From assembly GCA_905178155.1 (NCBI GenBank), contig CAJINV010000010.1, positions 521,851-585,850 of the forward strand: 64,000 nt of DNA. The letters run 5' to 3'. The position numbers were made by a program, and so were the translations under genes. This document shows positions 26,064 to 39,900 of the stretch, in pieces. The first letter of the stretch is position 1. Each line of letters begins with the position of its first letter. The DNA is from Amoebophrya sp. A120. Lineage: Eukaryota > Protista > Dinoflagellata. The notes under the pieces were generated by a model. It was not told the origin of the DNA. It ran no database searches and worked only from the letters and a program-made list of their open reading frames with translations.

Positions 26064-26624
26064 CTACTGATGCCAACATTGGTTTTTCGCTGTCATAGGA
26101 TCGCACACGTCTTCGTCTGTCACAGGTTCATTTTCCAGCCTGCTCTGCTGGCTTCGGAAGATGACCACAGAAGAATCGTCCCGGCCCACCACAAATCGCC
26201 ACGGCTTCATCAACATCAAAAAGTCTACTCTACTAGCAATTTCTGCCGCAGCTTGTTCCGGCCCTGCCGACACCGGGATGAAACTGAGCAGGTCGGCAAC
26301 ATCCGATGTAACAAGCGAGGTGGGGGGATCGGGATCTTTTCTATCGAGCTCTTGTCTGCAACGTGTTCTGACATAGTCACTGACCACGTCCCTCTCCTCG
26401 CGAGGTTGTCGGAGTCGCGATAGGCTTCTAGCCCGAGCGTCGCGATTCTGATTCCGAAAAAACTCCACGAAGTTCCAGTAAGACTGCCTATACTCCGCAT
26501 CTGCATCGAAAGCAACGGCGCCGTCGGACGTGCTCGTGCTCCCCCGAGAAGCAGGCACCGGCTGCGCCCAGCCTTCTTGCAACAAGGCAAGAGAACAAAG
26601 GAGCCGCAACTTCAGGCTGATCAT
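26064..26624 (-). CDS. Hypothetical secreted protein
   Basis: 186-aa ORF starting with signal-peptide-like MISLKLRLLCSLALLQEGWA. Confidence 0.55.
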   Translation of the reverse strand: MISLKLRLLCSLALLQEGWAQPVPASRGSTSTSDGAVAFDADAEYRQSYWNFVEFFRNQNRDARARSLSRLRQPREERDVVSDYVRTRCRQELDRKDPDPPTSLVTSDVADLLSFIPVSAGPEQAAAEIASRVDFLMLMKPWRFVVGRDDSSVVIFRSQQSRLENEPVTDEDVCDPMTAKNQCWHQ

Positions 26625-28457
26625 TTTCTTTCCAGAATGCTGTCGAGAAACAGGGATACTGAATATGTTTATTTTAGTACAAAGCTGCAGATGACCTCCA
26701 GAGGGTTTACAACTGATACAACTACTGATGAATTTTTACGGAATTACAGCACGACCCTACCTAGTCGGAGACGGGATACGGCAACAGAGGCAGGCGTCGA
26801 AATTGAGCTACTTGTACTTACTTAAGCTCCTCCTCGGGGATTTCTTGTATGATGCTTATATTTCGCCGAATCGAGCGATGCTCTTGGTTTTGCACTTTGA
26901 AGTCTTAGTTTACTTTATATCTGTAAAGATACCAGCTGTGCTTTTTGATGAGAAAGTCGAAGGGTACAAGCAGGATGAACTACAGATGTAGTATACAAGA
27001 TCTCGATTCTCCTCGAAGGTGTCGTGATCGGGTTATTTCTACTTGATAGGTCAATCTGCATTTCGATCCGAAAACTTTATCAATCACTACTGATCAGTGG
27101 AGATCTTCCCGGCGGCCCTTCTTTTACAAGCAGGACTTCATTTCCATTTTCGATCTTCACTCTTCTCAGTTTTGCGATTGCGAATGTTTTCCGAGGAAAG
27201 TGATCCTGTTGACATTTGTTCACATTTTTACCGATACAACATCTGGAACTGGGATTTCACAATATAACCGAAGATGCTGACTGTGACGTGCTAAAAGACG
27301 AACAACAAGTTTGTCATGCGTTTTTTTAACAGTTAAAAGCTCCCACGAAACCTTTTGCCACTGCTTCACCTTATTCTTTATGGATGTGCCAATCAACTAT
27401 CGGCCTGGGTTCAAAACTAGAGCGGTTTTTATGATAGTCGACGCGGAATCTTGCACAGCCTAAACAAGCCAAACACCTGTGCTCCGCAAGGGGAGTGTTT
27501 TCCTCATTTCCGGATCATTTTTTCGCAGTATCCAAAATAGTTAAGTAGATCTTTTTTCGCAGACAGAAAGAGAAAAAACGAACCGAGGAGAAATGCTGGG
27601 GATTCGAAGACAATTTTTTTTATTGTTCAATACAAATTCAACCCAATCGTGAAATCTTGATGCAGCGAGCCATTTTGGTTTCTTCGGTTTCCGGTGTGGG
27701 GGGGGGCGAAATCATTCATGCACGATTATACGAAGCCGGGTGATTATGTATGTACTTTTTCGTGTGGGACCAAGTCAGAGGAGCCTATTGGCGCAAAAAG
27801 CCATGCTGGTACACCAGCGTAGTAGAACAGCATAGAAAAAGATGATGAACAGATCGGGGTCAGACTCAGAGGACATTCAACAGCATATGTATATAGAAGG
27901 AGCCCTAAAACACATAGTCAAAAGGTGGAAAAGGAAATAAGGGTCATGAAATGCGTAGATACCAAATCACGCTCCGTGCTGGGTAGTTCTGGTGGTCCTT
28001 CCGAATTTTTAACTTTGGAGAGGAGAAGTTACTGTGACAAGATGAAAATCTATGATTGCTGTTCAGCTTTAGTAGCCTGTGCAGGAGGGGGCTATGGTTG
28101 GCAGTCGAAATAAGCAGTCGAGTCAAGCGGACGAAAAAGACAACTCACTGAAAAAAATCGTAACAAGCTAGTACACTTTATGCTTTGCGGTTGATGCAGC
28201 TCGTCTGGCTGCTACTTCCGCCAAGTGCACAAAAAATATCTTATCTCGACGTGCTCGTGCCAAAATAAATCGATGCATGTCCTCACGATTGCTTGTGTGG
28301 GTAAACTAAAGTGAATGGTATTATCAGTAAAAAAATGCGGGCACAACAGCTTCTACCTAGGATGCTGTTCTTGTTCTTCTGTGTCTGGAGAAATCAAATG
28401 GTAAAAAAATAAATGTAGGCCTGATGAATACAAGAACTTTATAGTACATTAGTTCTT

Positions 28458-31400
28458 TTATGCATACATCTCGTCGATCAGTTTTCGCTCTTTTTCCGCA
28501 ATCTGGACGCGTTTCATGGTCATCTTCGCGGTGAGCAGCCCGTTTTCCGGGGTCCACGCTTCTTGGACCACCCGTAGGTCCTTCGGGAGCTCGAACGCGA
28601 GCAGTTTCTGCTTCTTGCAGTGCTCCAGCACGCTGGCGTAGATCTCCTTGGCACTTTTTTCCTTCCCGGCCGCGGACGCCACTACCAGCAAAACCACAAA
28701 GTTTCCCCCCGGTGTCTTGCCGTAGCACATGCAGTTTTCCACATACGGGGACAGCTTGCACGCGCTTTCCACCTTGTATCAAATGCAAAAATGTCTGGGT
28801 CTGGAAGAATGCAAGACTTGTCATGCATATTTCTCATGACACCTGATGCCTGTAATGCATGACCGAGCATCACAGACTTTTAGAGGGCCTCCTGATGCGC
28901 CTTCCGCATGAGAAATGCCCTCTCCGCGACGTAGCACAAACTGGACCTTTCTTGCTGGTCATGCAACACTAAATTTTTTAGAATCCAAAAACAGCATGAC
29001 AAGTTGCATTCTTCCAGACCCAGACATTTTTACATTTGATACCTTCGAAAGCGCCACATACTCCCCCTGCGGCCCCTTCCACAAATCTTTCTTCCGGTCA
29101 ATGATTTTCACTTGGCCCAGTTCCGTGATGCACCCAATGTCACCCGTGTGGAACCAGCGAAACCCGTCTTTGCAAGTGGAAAAATCTTCCTGGTTCTTCG
29201 CCGTCAATTCTTCGATGACCTTGGCATTGGGATCAAGTTCAAGAAGAGCTGCATCAGCTTTCATATTGTCTTCGCTCGTCGTGGCTGTGGCACTCGTACT
29301 TGTTTCGTCAAGCCCCGAAATAGAACCAGAACAAGAGTGGTTCTCTGCTGCATCTGTACAGCTGGTGCTTTTTTCCGGCACAAAGTAGCCCTGACAAACC
29401 AACGGCCCGCCGATGAGGATTTCCCCGCGCGGCACGCCGATATTCTCGTTATACACGTCCGCGTTCAAGTAATTGCCCTCTTCCCAGTCCTTCAATCGAA
29501 TCATGGTTTGGCTCGTCGGCGGCCCCACCGTCTCCGTCGCGTTATCCACCCACTCCTGCATACAGGACGCGCCGCAGGTCTCGGTGGCACCGTAGCCCTG
29601 GCGCAATCAAATGCAAATATGTCTGGGTCTGGAAGATCGCCATGTTTGTCGTGCATATTTTGCGTGTTCCATGATGTCTGTAATGCATGCCCTAGCATCA
29701 CACATTTTTGGAGGGCTTCCTGATGCCTATTCCGCATGAGAAATACCGTCCCCGCGTAGCACGAACTGGACGCCTCTTGCTGGTCATGCAATACAGATTT
29801 TTTTGGAATCCAAAAACAGCATCACAAGTTGCGACCTTCCAGACCCAGACACATTTGCATTCGATAGGCGCACGGGGCAATTGAAGATCGTTTGGAAGAA
29901 CACCATCTGCTCCTTGGACAGTGGCGCGGACGCCGTTATCACGTTCTTCAAGTGCGCAATCCCGAGCTTCTCGCGGATCTTCTTCATCAAAAGGAGTTCG
30001 TACAGGCAACTGGACCCCGTTTGGAGAATTGGGGGCGAAGATGAAGATGAACTAGCGGTCTCTTTGTCGTTTGTGCCCGCCCGATAATAGAACTTCGAGT
30101 TCGGGTCTTTGATATTCGATCCAGCAGGAGCTTTACGTTGTTCACCAGAACCATTACACCCCTGCTGCTGCACAACATCAGGACCACTACTGGCCTCGAA
30201 CCTTTTTTCCCCCGCTTCCACCGCCCTCAGGAACAGGCTGTGCACGAATTTGGACCGCTTTTCGAAAATCGCGTGGATCCCGCTGTAGATCTTCTCCAGC
30301 ACCGCGGGCGCAAAAATCATGATGTTCGGCTTGGCCACCTTCAAATCCCCCAGGGATTCTGGCTGTTTCACCTTCACTCCCGTGTCGGAAAGCGTGTGCG
30401 GGGAGCCGTAGATCAGCTTCAGATTGGTCGTCAAAGCGGTCACCTCCGCAACCAATTCCATCACGTGGGCGAGAGGCAAATAGGCCAGGTACACGTCGCC
30501 GGGCTCGAGCTTGTCGGCCGAACGAATCTGTTGATTTTTTTATTCAACAAACGGGGGTGGATGTTGATTTCAATATTTGAACGCTTTTTCATACAGGTTC
30601 CTTCTGTAGTCCCTAGAAGATCTGAGCATCGAAATCGATTGATGTCAGGAATATTTTTCATTTTTTTGAATATTATTTCGGACTTCTACACCTTTTGCTT
30701 TTTCCTATCTTGTTCACCTGGTGTGCTTATGCACTATCTCAATTACTTATCATCAGGACGGACAGTGTTGACCACCCGTGCAGCTCTGTAGAAGGACGAA
30801 ACCTGCAACTCGTAGTTGCGCGTCACGCGGCCAGTCACTGTCACACACACAGTATTAAAACAGTTGTTGCTGTAAAATAAATCTCAAAATTGAATTCCTA
30901 TGTAGTACAATTGGCTCCGTGCTGGCCAGCAGCGCCGCCAGATTGCCGTGCGACAGAACCACGCCTTTCGGGTACCCGGTCGTCCCCGAGGTGTACATGA
31001 TGACCGCCGTGTCCTCCGGTTTCGCTTTCACAATCCAGTCGTGCGAGCTTGTAGACCTCGAGGACGAGGATTGTTGTCCAACACTTTGCTGCGAAGCAGG
31101 AGCCGTGCTTCCAGATGTAGGACCACCAGAGGAACCAGTAGTTCCCGTAGGTGGACTTGTACTCGGACTGGAGGACGACTCTGAACCGACGACCGGAGTT
31201 CTTGCTGCTGCCGCAAACCCGAAGTCCTCTGCAAAGTGGAGCTGCACAACTGGTTGTTCCTCGTTTGCTGCACGAGGTGGAATTGGAGTAGCCGCAGGGT
31301 TAGCCTTCTCATGATCATTCGTATCGTTCATTTTTTCATTTTCAGACAGGCATCCTGCATTTTTGACTTTGTCGTGCTTCGTCAATACCGCCTCGAGTCC

Positions 31401-32817
31401 ACTAAGCAAGTCCTTTTTCTGTTCTTCTTCCTGCTGCTGCCCGATGACGACGATGTTTTTCAGAAAAGAAAACTCCGACAGGTTGTGATTATTACTCGCT
31501 TTAGAATCTTTTCCGTTGTCCCCTCCGGGCAACAGAATCTGGTTCACCAAAACCTTCGCCAACTTCATGTCCACGAACGCCAGATATCCTATGTAAAAAC
31601 GTCCCCGACTACAGCCCGTAGTTGTCATGCAAACCTGCATGCTGAAAATGTTTCTCATGCGGAGCACCATGAGACTGAAGCCTTTTCTAGTAGCGTTTTG
31701 GAATTTGTGATGCTCCAGTCAGGATGATGCACCAGCTCTGTGATGCTGTTGAACTAACTAAAATAAAAGCAGGACTATGCTACAACGCGGCCAAACTTGT
31801 AATGCGCAACAACCAAAGCAGGATGATTTGTCCAGCAGGTTTCCCATCTTGACTCTGGGGTGGAAACGTTTTTGCTCAGGATAACAAATCGGGTTTGGTC
31901 TGCTTCAACGCGTGCGCCGCGGCCTCCGGGCCGAGGTTCGCGTAGATCGTGACAATCGGGATGTTCTGCGAGATATACATCGCAAATCTTATCTCTGGGT
32001 CTAGAAAGATCATGATGCAGCTTGTTGTCACATGCAAGGTTGTTCATGAAGATCTCCGGATCTTGATAAAAAAAATCTGTCTTGCCTAAACGCCAATCAA
32101 AAGTAGCTAGTAGTTTTGCCCACTTATTGCTACCGGCAAATAAAGGCGAACTTCTGATGCGAAATAAAAATTTCGTGACGGTCCTCTCGCATCAAAATCT
32201 GTGATGCTGCTGTGTGCAGCATTCCAGACCATGTGGATCATGGTCCGCGATTTGCATATACAAGTCTTGCATTCCAATTCCTCCAGTAGACCCAGATGAC
32301 ATATTTGCAGTTGATACGAGAAACAGGCCAGCGCGGCCACTAGCCAGTCCGGGTTGGTCTCCGAGTAAATGACCACTCTTTTCGCGGGAGAAGACAGAAT
32401 TTTGGTCTTTGCCGATAAAGTCGCCGCGACTCTTCTGACCTCGTCAAAATGCTGCTCGTAGGTTTTGAAAGTGACAGCATTCTCCAACTCCAACTTCTCA
32501 AATTTCTTCCCCTTCGAATTATCAGTTTCGTTCTCCGCAAGAACGTAGTGCGTTTTCAGCAGCTTCCGGAACCCGATGGCATCCTTCCCGCGGTTTTGTT
32601 TCTTCCCACAAACCGACGCCCACTTGTCGATTACGGGGGTTTGGAAATGTGTTACTTGCGCAGAAATCTTCTGCCCCGGAATGGCTTTAGCTTGTGCTTG
32701 TTTCCCCGGATAACTACGACCGTCGTTCGTTCCAACCCCGGTGCCCGCGTTGTAAAGAATGGGTCCATAGGGACCAGAGGCCGTTTTCGAGTCGAAAACA
32801 CCGTAGAGAGCGGACAT
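28458..32817 (-). CDS. ACSL: Long-chain acyl-CoA synthetase (ACSL/LACS)
   Basis: IPIVTIYANLG, IMYTSGTTGYPKGV, YLAYLPLAHVMEL, R|QGYGATET, RGEILIGGP, WFHTGDIG, IIDRKKDL..GEYVALSK|VE, WTPENGLLTAKM. Confidence 0.93.
28777..29041. mobile_element. Introner family A
   Basis: TSD CCTTG/CCTTC. Confidence 0.93.
29605..29866. mobile_element. Introner family A (262 bp)
   Basis: Left end AATC; TSD GGCGC. Confidence 0.93.
31585..31883. mobile_element. Introner family C
   Basis: TSD CCAGA/ACAAA. Confidence 0.88.
31974..32316. mobile_element. Introner family A, diverged (343 bp)
   Basis: TSD CGAGA; splits LACFS|QNIP. Confidence 0.88.
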
Positions 32818-33926
32818 GTTGACAGGAGCCTCTATGGAGGCTTCGTGTGTAGCAATTACTATTACGTATGACGCTAGTTGTAGTAACAAGTAAAGAATAA
32901 ATAAAAGAGTGTTGCTGATTTTTCCAAAAAAAAAAAACACAACGAGAAAAACACAATCTCGATGTGTGGTGACGCGTCAAAAAACAGGAGGAGAAGTTTA
33001 GCAGCCAAAAAAATAGCAGTGCCTGGTGTTTAATATTGCCGATCAAAAAGGAAATGGACGCTCCTCTGTAATGTTGTTTTGGATGAAATAGGCCTCAGCA
33101 GTGCAATCCATCGCTGTTGTAGCACAGCGATCGCAAGGATCCTGCAGTTGATCCGGCGATTTTTGTGACCCAGTGATGTTCGAACTGTGCCTACACAAAT
33201 TCAGCTGATCCTAGCATGAAAATAAATGTCAGATTTCAAAATGACCTCCTTGTAATTTTTTTATCGATCTTGTTGAACGAGAACTTGTTGCATCATCGAT
33301 TTACTCCGGCGCAGACCGATTTTTCATTTGAGAGCTTTTTATCAACGTCAAACCGCTTCATTTGAGTACAGCCGATATTAAACGTAGATCTTCGTCTTCT
33401 CCTCGTCCGCTGGTCGGTCGGGACAGGAAGTCAGAGAGGACCACATTTTATTAATTTACGAGCTCTGTCTTCTACCGCCACCCTTCACCTTCCTGTTCCT
33501 CAGATGAGTCCGCCCGATGCTGGTATTTTTACGGATGGATCGCTGCATTGTTCCTTGGACGACACTTCTCCTCGGGTGGACAAAACGAAAGCCGAGTTGT
33601 ACTAGATGTTCACTTCAAGTACTGCCACTGACGTTCGCCTTAGCGGCACAATTAGACCTCCATGCCGTCAGAAAGATCTGCAAAACAAATCTTGCGGACA
33701 GAAAATGAAGTTAAGTAGTATCACTTGAAGTTGTCTTTCTCTTTTTCTATGCACGCCGTTGCAGGCGTTTATTTTCTGCCCACCGAACAGAATTGAGTCG
33801 AAGAATTCTAAACGCAAAATTTCGCTGTATTGAATGCTGAGTAGAGTGAGTAAAGTAAATGCAAAACCCAGAAATAGGAAAAACTTTATTTACAACTAAG
33901 TACACGTCGGCGCCAGTAAAATCGCA

Positions 33927-36900
33927 CTAAAAGTCTTCATCCTCTTCGCAGCAGCAAAACGGCAGGGCCAGTACCGTCATCCAGCCGGACACGCAGCGGA
34001 TATTACAATGAAAAATGCCCCCACACCCGCACTTGGGAGCATTTGTATTGAAAACCTTTCCAAATGAAACACTCGCCCTCTTGCATCTATCAGCATCACA
34101 GGTTTCCAATCGTGAATAGGAAAAGTTTGTACTGCGAAAGACCCCAGCAAAAGCGGGGGTCTCATCAGAAAGATTCATACAACTCGAACTCCTTTCATGT
34201 ATGACAAAAAGTTTTCATTTGGAAACTTCGCAGCACAAATTTTTGCAATTTCAGGGGGAGGCGGCAATTTTCACTGTAATAGCTGATGGTCAAGAGCAAG
34301 TGGAGGAAGAAGTGCTTGTGCACGGTGTGTGCGTGTTTGGTGACCTCCAGCTGATGAAACAATCCGCTGCTCGAGCCGGAAAATATGAATTGCGAATATG
34401 TCTGGGTCGTGTGGAAGGTTGCAACTTCTCATGCTAAGTCTACATCCTGCAAAAAACTGCGTTGCATGATTACCAAAAGTTCTTCACTTTTGGCCACGTC
34501 CAGAGGCAGTTTATCATGCGTGGGGGCAGGATAGAGATCATCTCACAAAATTTGTCATGCTGGGCCCAGTATGCCAGACCTCAAGGGTCATGAATTTTCT
34601 GCATGACAAGTCTTGCACTCCTGCAGACCCAGACATATTTGCACTGCATAGAAAACAGACAGTACCCGGTGGAGAGCGGGAGGATCGAAAAATGAACTGC
34701 AAAAGTATCGCACTCGCAGTAATTGCAGTCATGCATAACACGTCTTTCTTAGGGTATTAAATCCGCATTACAAATTTTATTTCCCATGCTGAGGAACTTT
34801 GTAATGCATTTACATGAGTACGATACTTTTGCAATGCATACGAAAGCGAAAAAAGCAAAAACCGGATAAACAGCGTGAAAATTTTTTCGTCCTCTTGGAG
34901 AGTGAAAGAGTCGTAGATGGCCATCACATATCAAATGTAAAAATGTCTGGGTCTGGAAGTTTGTGATGCTAAAATGTGACTGGTGGGCGCACTGCAATAC
35001 GCAGCCAAGCATGAAAAATTTTTGAGCTGCTCTTGTGTTTCGCTTCCCGCATAGTAAACTGCGTTTCTGCATGACACACAAGATGCCCTTTTCCTGCTCC
35101 TGCATCACAGATTTATGAATCACGCCAGACAAGCATGACAAACTTGCATTCTTCCAGACCCAGACATTTTTGCATTTGATATCACGGATCGGTTTCGCGA
35201 CGGGTCGAGAAAGAGCTGCACGGAAATGGCGGAAAAAATCAGGGAAAAGAAGAGCACCTGGTTCTGCCAGACGACCACGGGATTTGCGTTTTCGTAGCTG
35301 CCATCGTAGCTATGCAGTGCAAATAAGTATGCCTGGATCTGGAAACCTGTGATGCAGATTTGCTGCTAATTGCAACGCTTGCCATGGCATCCGCGCATGA
35401 CAAGTTTTTGCAACGCTTTCTGATGTCGAGCGCGCATTACCAGTTACGTTTTCGCATGACAAAGGAAGCGGCTCTTCTGCTGCTCACGCGACGCAGATTT
35501 TCTAGGAATGCAAGACACGCATTACAAGTTCCACTCGTCCAGACCCAGACGTATTTGCAGTTGATAGTAGCTGTCTTCGAACGAATTGCAGTGGTCCTCG
35601 TCAAACAGGCACATCTATCAAAAGGAAAAATCCCTCCCCCCCATATTTGTAATGCTGATTCGTGACCACAAATCGCCTCTGTCTTGCAAGAACGCAACTC
35701 CACAGGCTCCGCCGCCTTCTGCAGGCGGTTTGTGATGCTGTTGGCCCCACGGACTAGACGTTTGACATGCTCAGCGCCTAGCACAAAACCTCGTGGTCCC
35801 TCCTCAGGCTTAGTGTAGGCCCGCAGTCCTCTCCAGCAAGAGAAATCTGATTTGTGTACGCAAATCCAGCATCAGAAACTTCGTTTTCATATGGGGAGGG
35901 GGGATTTTTCCTTTTTGTAACATCTGACACCGCATCCCGTTCTGGCCATACCAAGCATGGAGATACACGGCGGCGCACAGCTGCAGGGGCAGGTCCTGCA
36001 ACAGAAACTTCAGCAGAACCAGCTTCGTAAACATCTTCGACCCGTCGGCAAATCTGCAGTACCGCCATAGGATCAGGAATAAGGACAGCATCTGTGTGGC
36101 GAAGAAGAAGAGCAAGATGTATTCTGAGTAAAAACATCCCCACCCCAGGGCTGTCATGCAAATCTGCATGCCAAAAAAGTTTCTCATGCGAAGGCCCATG
36201 AGAAGCTTTTTCTACTCGTGTTTTGGGATTTGTGATGCTAGAAATAGCGCGATGTGCTAGATGTGTGATGCTGCTGGACTATTTGCATTTCAACAGGATT
36301 ACACTACGAGGACAAACTTGGCATGCGAAACAACCAGAGTTGGCTGATTTGTCTAGCAGTCTGGTATGGGAACATTTTTACTCAGGATAAGATGGTGAAG
36401 AAGCTGTTGATGTACCACGCCTCGCTGTCGGCGGACTTTTTCGAGAACGCTTCCCACGTGGTGATGAAGTTGCACTTGTCTTGGTTGTGGATCGTTTGCA
36501 AATGGTTCACATTATTGTCCAACACGTACACACGAAACCGAATCGGGTAATCATTCGCGGACTCCTGGTGCGACGAAGTCAATTCTATTCGGCCCTGCCA
36601 CGTTGACCAAGCATTATCGCCACCCGTAAAGTCACTGCCGAAAGAGGTGTCGTCTGAATAGAGTTACAGTGTGTTTCTTCTTGTACAATTTCTAGGCTAC
36701 TATTTTGTCCTTCACAAATTCTTTCGCAGACCTGAGCATCGCTTTTGCCATGGTGCTAGTTGTAAGCTCGGGGACAAATTTAAAACTCCACTTCCGCGAC
36801 ATGCAGAAGCTGCGGCGCTGCGGAAACAAATCATTTGACAAATTTACGTTTGACAAATTTGTCTACCTTGCGCCACAAAGACTCCAGTTTCCACCCCTGC

Positions 36901-39900
36901 AGACACCCTTTCTGAAACCATTTTCGGCGTTCTTGCCCAGTGGACGTAATCTCCGCCCGGCTTCGTGACGGCGAGCTTGTACTTCGCATTATCACAGGAA
37001 AAAAGTGTTACAGTTTCACACTTTTTGACATTTTCTGCATCACAAAGTTGCTCGACATGGGAAAGAAAACCTACCATAAGGGAAAACACGTATGAAATGA
37101 GGTTGGCAAGCATTTCCTGCATGACAGAGGTTGTCTGTCTTGCTTGTCTCCCATCAGAGAGTGTAACTTTAACGCTTTTTTCTCACGATACGCATGGCTG
37201 TTGGGCGACTGCGGCTCGACGCCCACGAGAAAGGTGGCCGGGTGTATCAAATGCAAATATCCCTGGATGTCTGGAAGGATGCAAGGTTTGTCATGCACAT
37301 TTTGCATGACTCCTGATCGATCTGTGATGCATACCCTAGCATCACAGATTTTCTGATGGCTTCCTGATGTCTATACCGCATGAGAAATGGCCTATCGCCG
37401 TCGCAAAAACTCCTGCTGGACCTCTTTATTCGCTGTTCATACAATACAGATTTTTGTAGAATCCAAATGCAGCATCACAAGTTACAGTTCTCCAGACCCA
37501 GAACTATTTGCATTTGATAGGATGGGAGTTGGTGATAAACGGAAACGCCTTGTCGGGTGGAACTTCGAACGAATCTGTATTGAAAGGAAAGGCCCCGCCT
37601 CCCCATATCAAGTCGGCACTTCTGATGCTGGATCTGTGTACACACGTCCGAGCTGTCTTGCTGGAGAGCACTGCAGACCCGTGCCAAGTGTGAGTAGAGG
37701 GGTTTTGGCCTAGGCACTTAGCACGAAAAACGTCAGCACTGTAGGCCCAACAGCATGACAAACCGCCAGCACAATGCGGCGGAGCCTGCGGAGTTGCCTT
37801 CTTGCAAGACAGACACGATTTGTGACCACACATCAGCATCACAAATTTCCAAAAAGATAACTTTTCAGTATGGGGAGGGGGGATGTTTCCTTTTGATATT
37901 CTGCGGAAAAGTCCTCCGAGTTGCCCACCGAAGTCGTCACGGCGCTACGTGGAATATCCTGAAGAAAAACGACCCCGCCCCATAGTAAGTAAGTTGTCAT
38001 GCAAATCTGCATGCTCAAAAATGTTCCCCATACGGAACCCCACGAGAAGCGTTTCCTAGTAGTCGTGTCTGGGGATTTCTGACGCTCCGATCAGCATGAT
38101 AGGCGAGATTTGGGATGCTGCTGAGCCAGGTAAAAAACAGGCCTATGCTACGAGGCCAAACTTTAACTTGTCTTCATGCGCAACAGCCGAAGCTGGCAGA
38201 TTTGTGTAGCAGATTCCCCATCTTGACTATGAGGTGGGGATGTTTTTTTCTCACCAGCATATGGCGTAGTCGGATAGAATTCCACCACATCGTCGTAGAC
38301 CTTTTTCTATCCAATGCAAAAGTACTCGTACAACAAGTGCGAGTCTAGCATTACTACACATCTGCTCTCTATACCTGAATCTGCATGATAAATTTCGTTT
38401 CTCCTCTACGGAAAATTTGTCATGATATCTGTACTAGTACGATACTTTTGCAATGCATATTTTCCACACGCTTTGCCCGTTACTGGTGGTACCCCCGACG
38501 CAGACGCCGTTGCGCAAGTTCCGCGTGCTGCTGCCGCAGTTCTCGTTCAGGGTGCGCAGAAAAACGGCGGAATTCCACCCAACTTCGGCCAGGAGGTGAA
38601 ATTGCGCGAGCAGCGCAAAGACCTGGAAAAAGCAGTACACAAACGCGATCGGCGCCAGGACCTTGTGGTACTTCACGTTGTTGTCGGCGTTTATCGACCC
38701 CGGCAGCACGCGATTTAGGTAGAAAAGCGGGTCCAGCACCTGTGACTCCTCCAAGAACTGACTCGTCCGGAAGGCCAGCTTCTCCAAGTACCGTCCCCCG
38801 GGGAGCTTCTTGGGACAACAGCAAGAGAAACAAAACCCGCAGCAGGGATTCACGAAGCAACAACAGACCCAGGAGAGAAACAGGGTGAGGGGGGAAGAAG
38901 GTTCGGCTCTGTGAAAAAAGTGGTCTGTGGGATCGCCGAACACGTTCAGATCTTTTCTGCCATGCGAGAAAGCGTATTCGTCGTCGTAAAACAGATCGCT
39001 ATATCAAATGCAAATATGTCTGGGTCTGGAAACTTGTGATGCTGAACTGTGCACCACTGAAATACTTCCCAAAGCAGCCAAGCATGACAAGTTTGCCGAA
39101 CACTTTGTCATGTGCAGTCCGCATGACAAGCTGTGCTTTTATATGACAAAAGAGCGTGTCTCTACTTATTTGTTGGTCATGCAATACAGATCTTATAGGA
39201 ATGTAGGACTAGCATTACAAGTTCCATGCTTCCAGACCCAGACATTTTTGCAATGCATACGCTGTTGCCCGAGTAAGCGTGATGGTTTCCGGTGAGAAAG
39301 GAGTGCAGTTTCAGGGATTTCGCGAAAGGCTTCGACGCGCCGGAGGTAGAAGATGACGCTGTGCTGGTACTAGACCACGAAGAAGTAGAAAAATTCTTCT
39401 TCACACTTGTTGCGCCGGACTTCTTTGCCGCTTGTTTGCCATCGGCATCAAACCAACTCGACGATATTATTCCCGCCGACGCGCCAGACGAGGGATGCGC
39501 CATGCGCTGCGGTGTTGGCACGAGAACTCCACCAGGATGCGCACTTTCTTTTTCGCTTGCAGGATTTGCTCCATTGTTCGTCCCGAAGGTCGTCGTGTGG
39601 CTCAGACTTGTACTATTTGCGTTCGTCAATAATGCTCCGTCAGCCACGTCAAAGGTGTAGTTGGTTACTGCTGTTGTACTCCTCGTCGTGCCAGCCCCAG
39701 CCGGTAGTTGTACTACTGAATCAGAATCGGCTCGTGCAGGAGCTGCACTAGTAATACCGGGCAGACGACTATGATCAACGTGATCGCTTAATACAGAAGT
39801 GCCGCCATCTTCTGCTGCATAAGCTGCGTGCAATGTGGAACGACCGTGAAGATCTTCTTGTGCTGATGTTGATCCCGCTGGACCAGTACCAGGTAGATGA

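Noticed and set aside
27668-27678. AGCCATTTTGG as a dinoflagellate spliced-leader relic
   Set aside because: Only an 11-bp match, on the strand opposite the genes and not upstream of a CDS.
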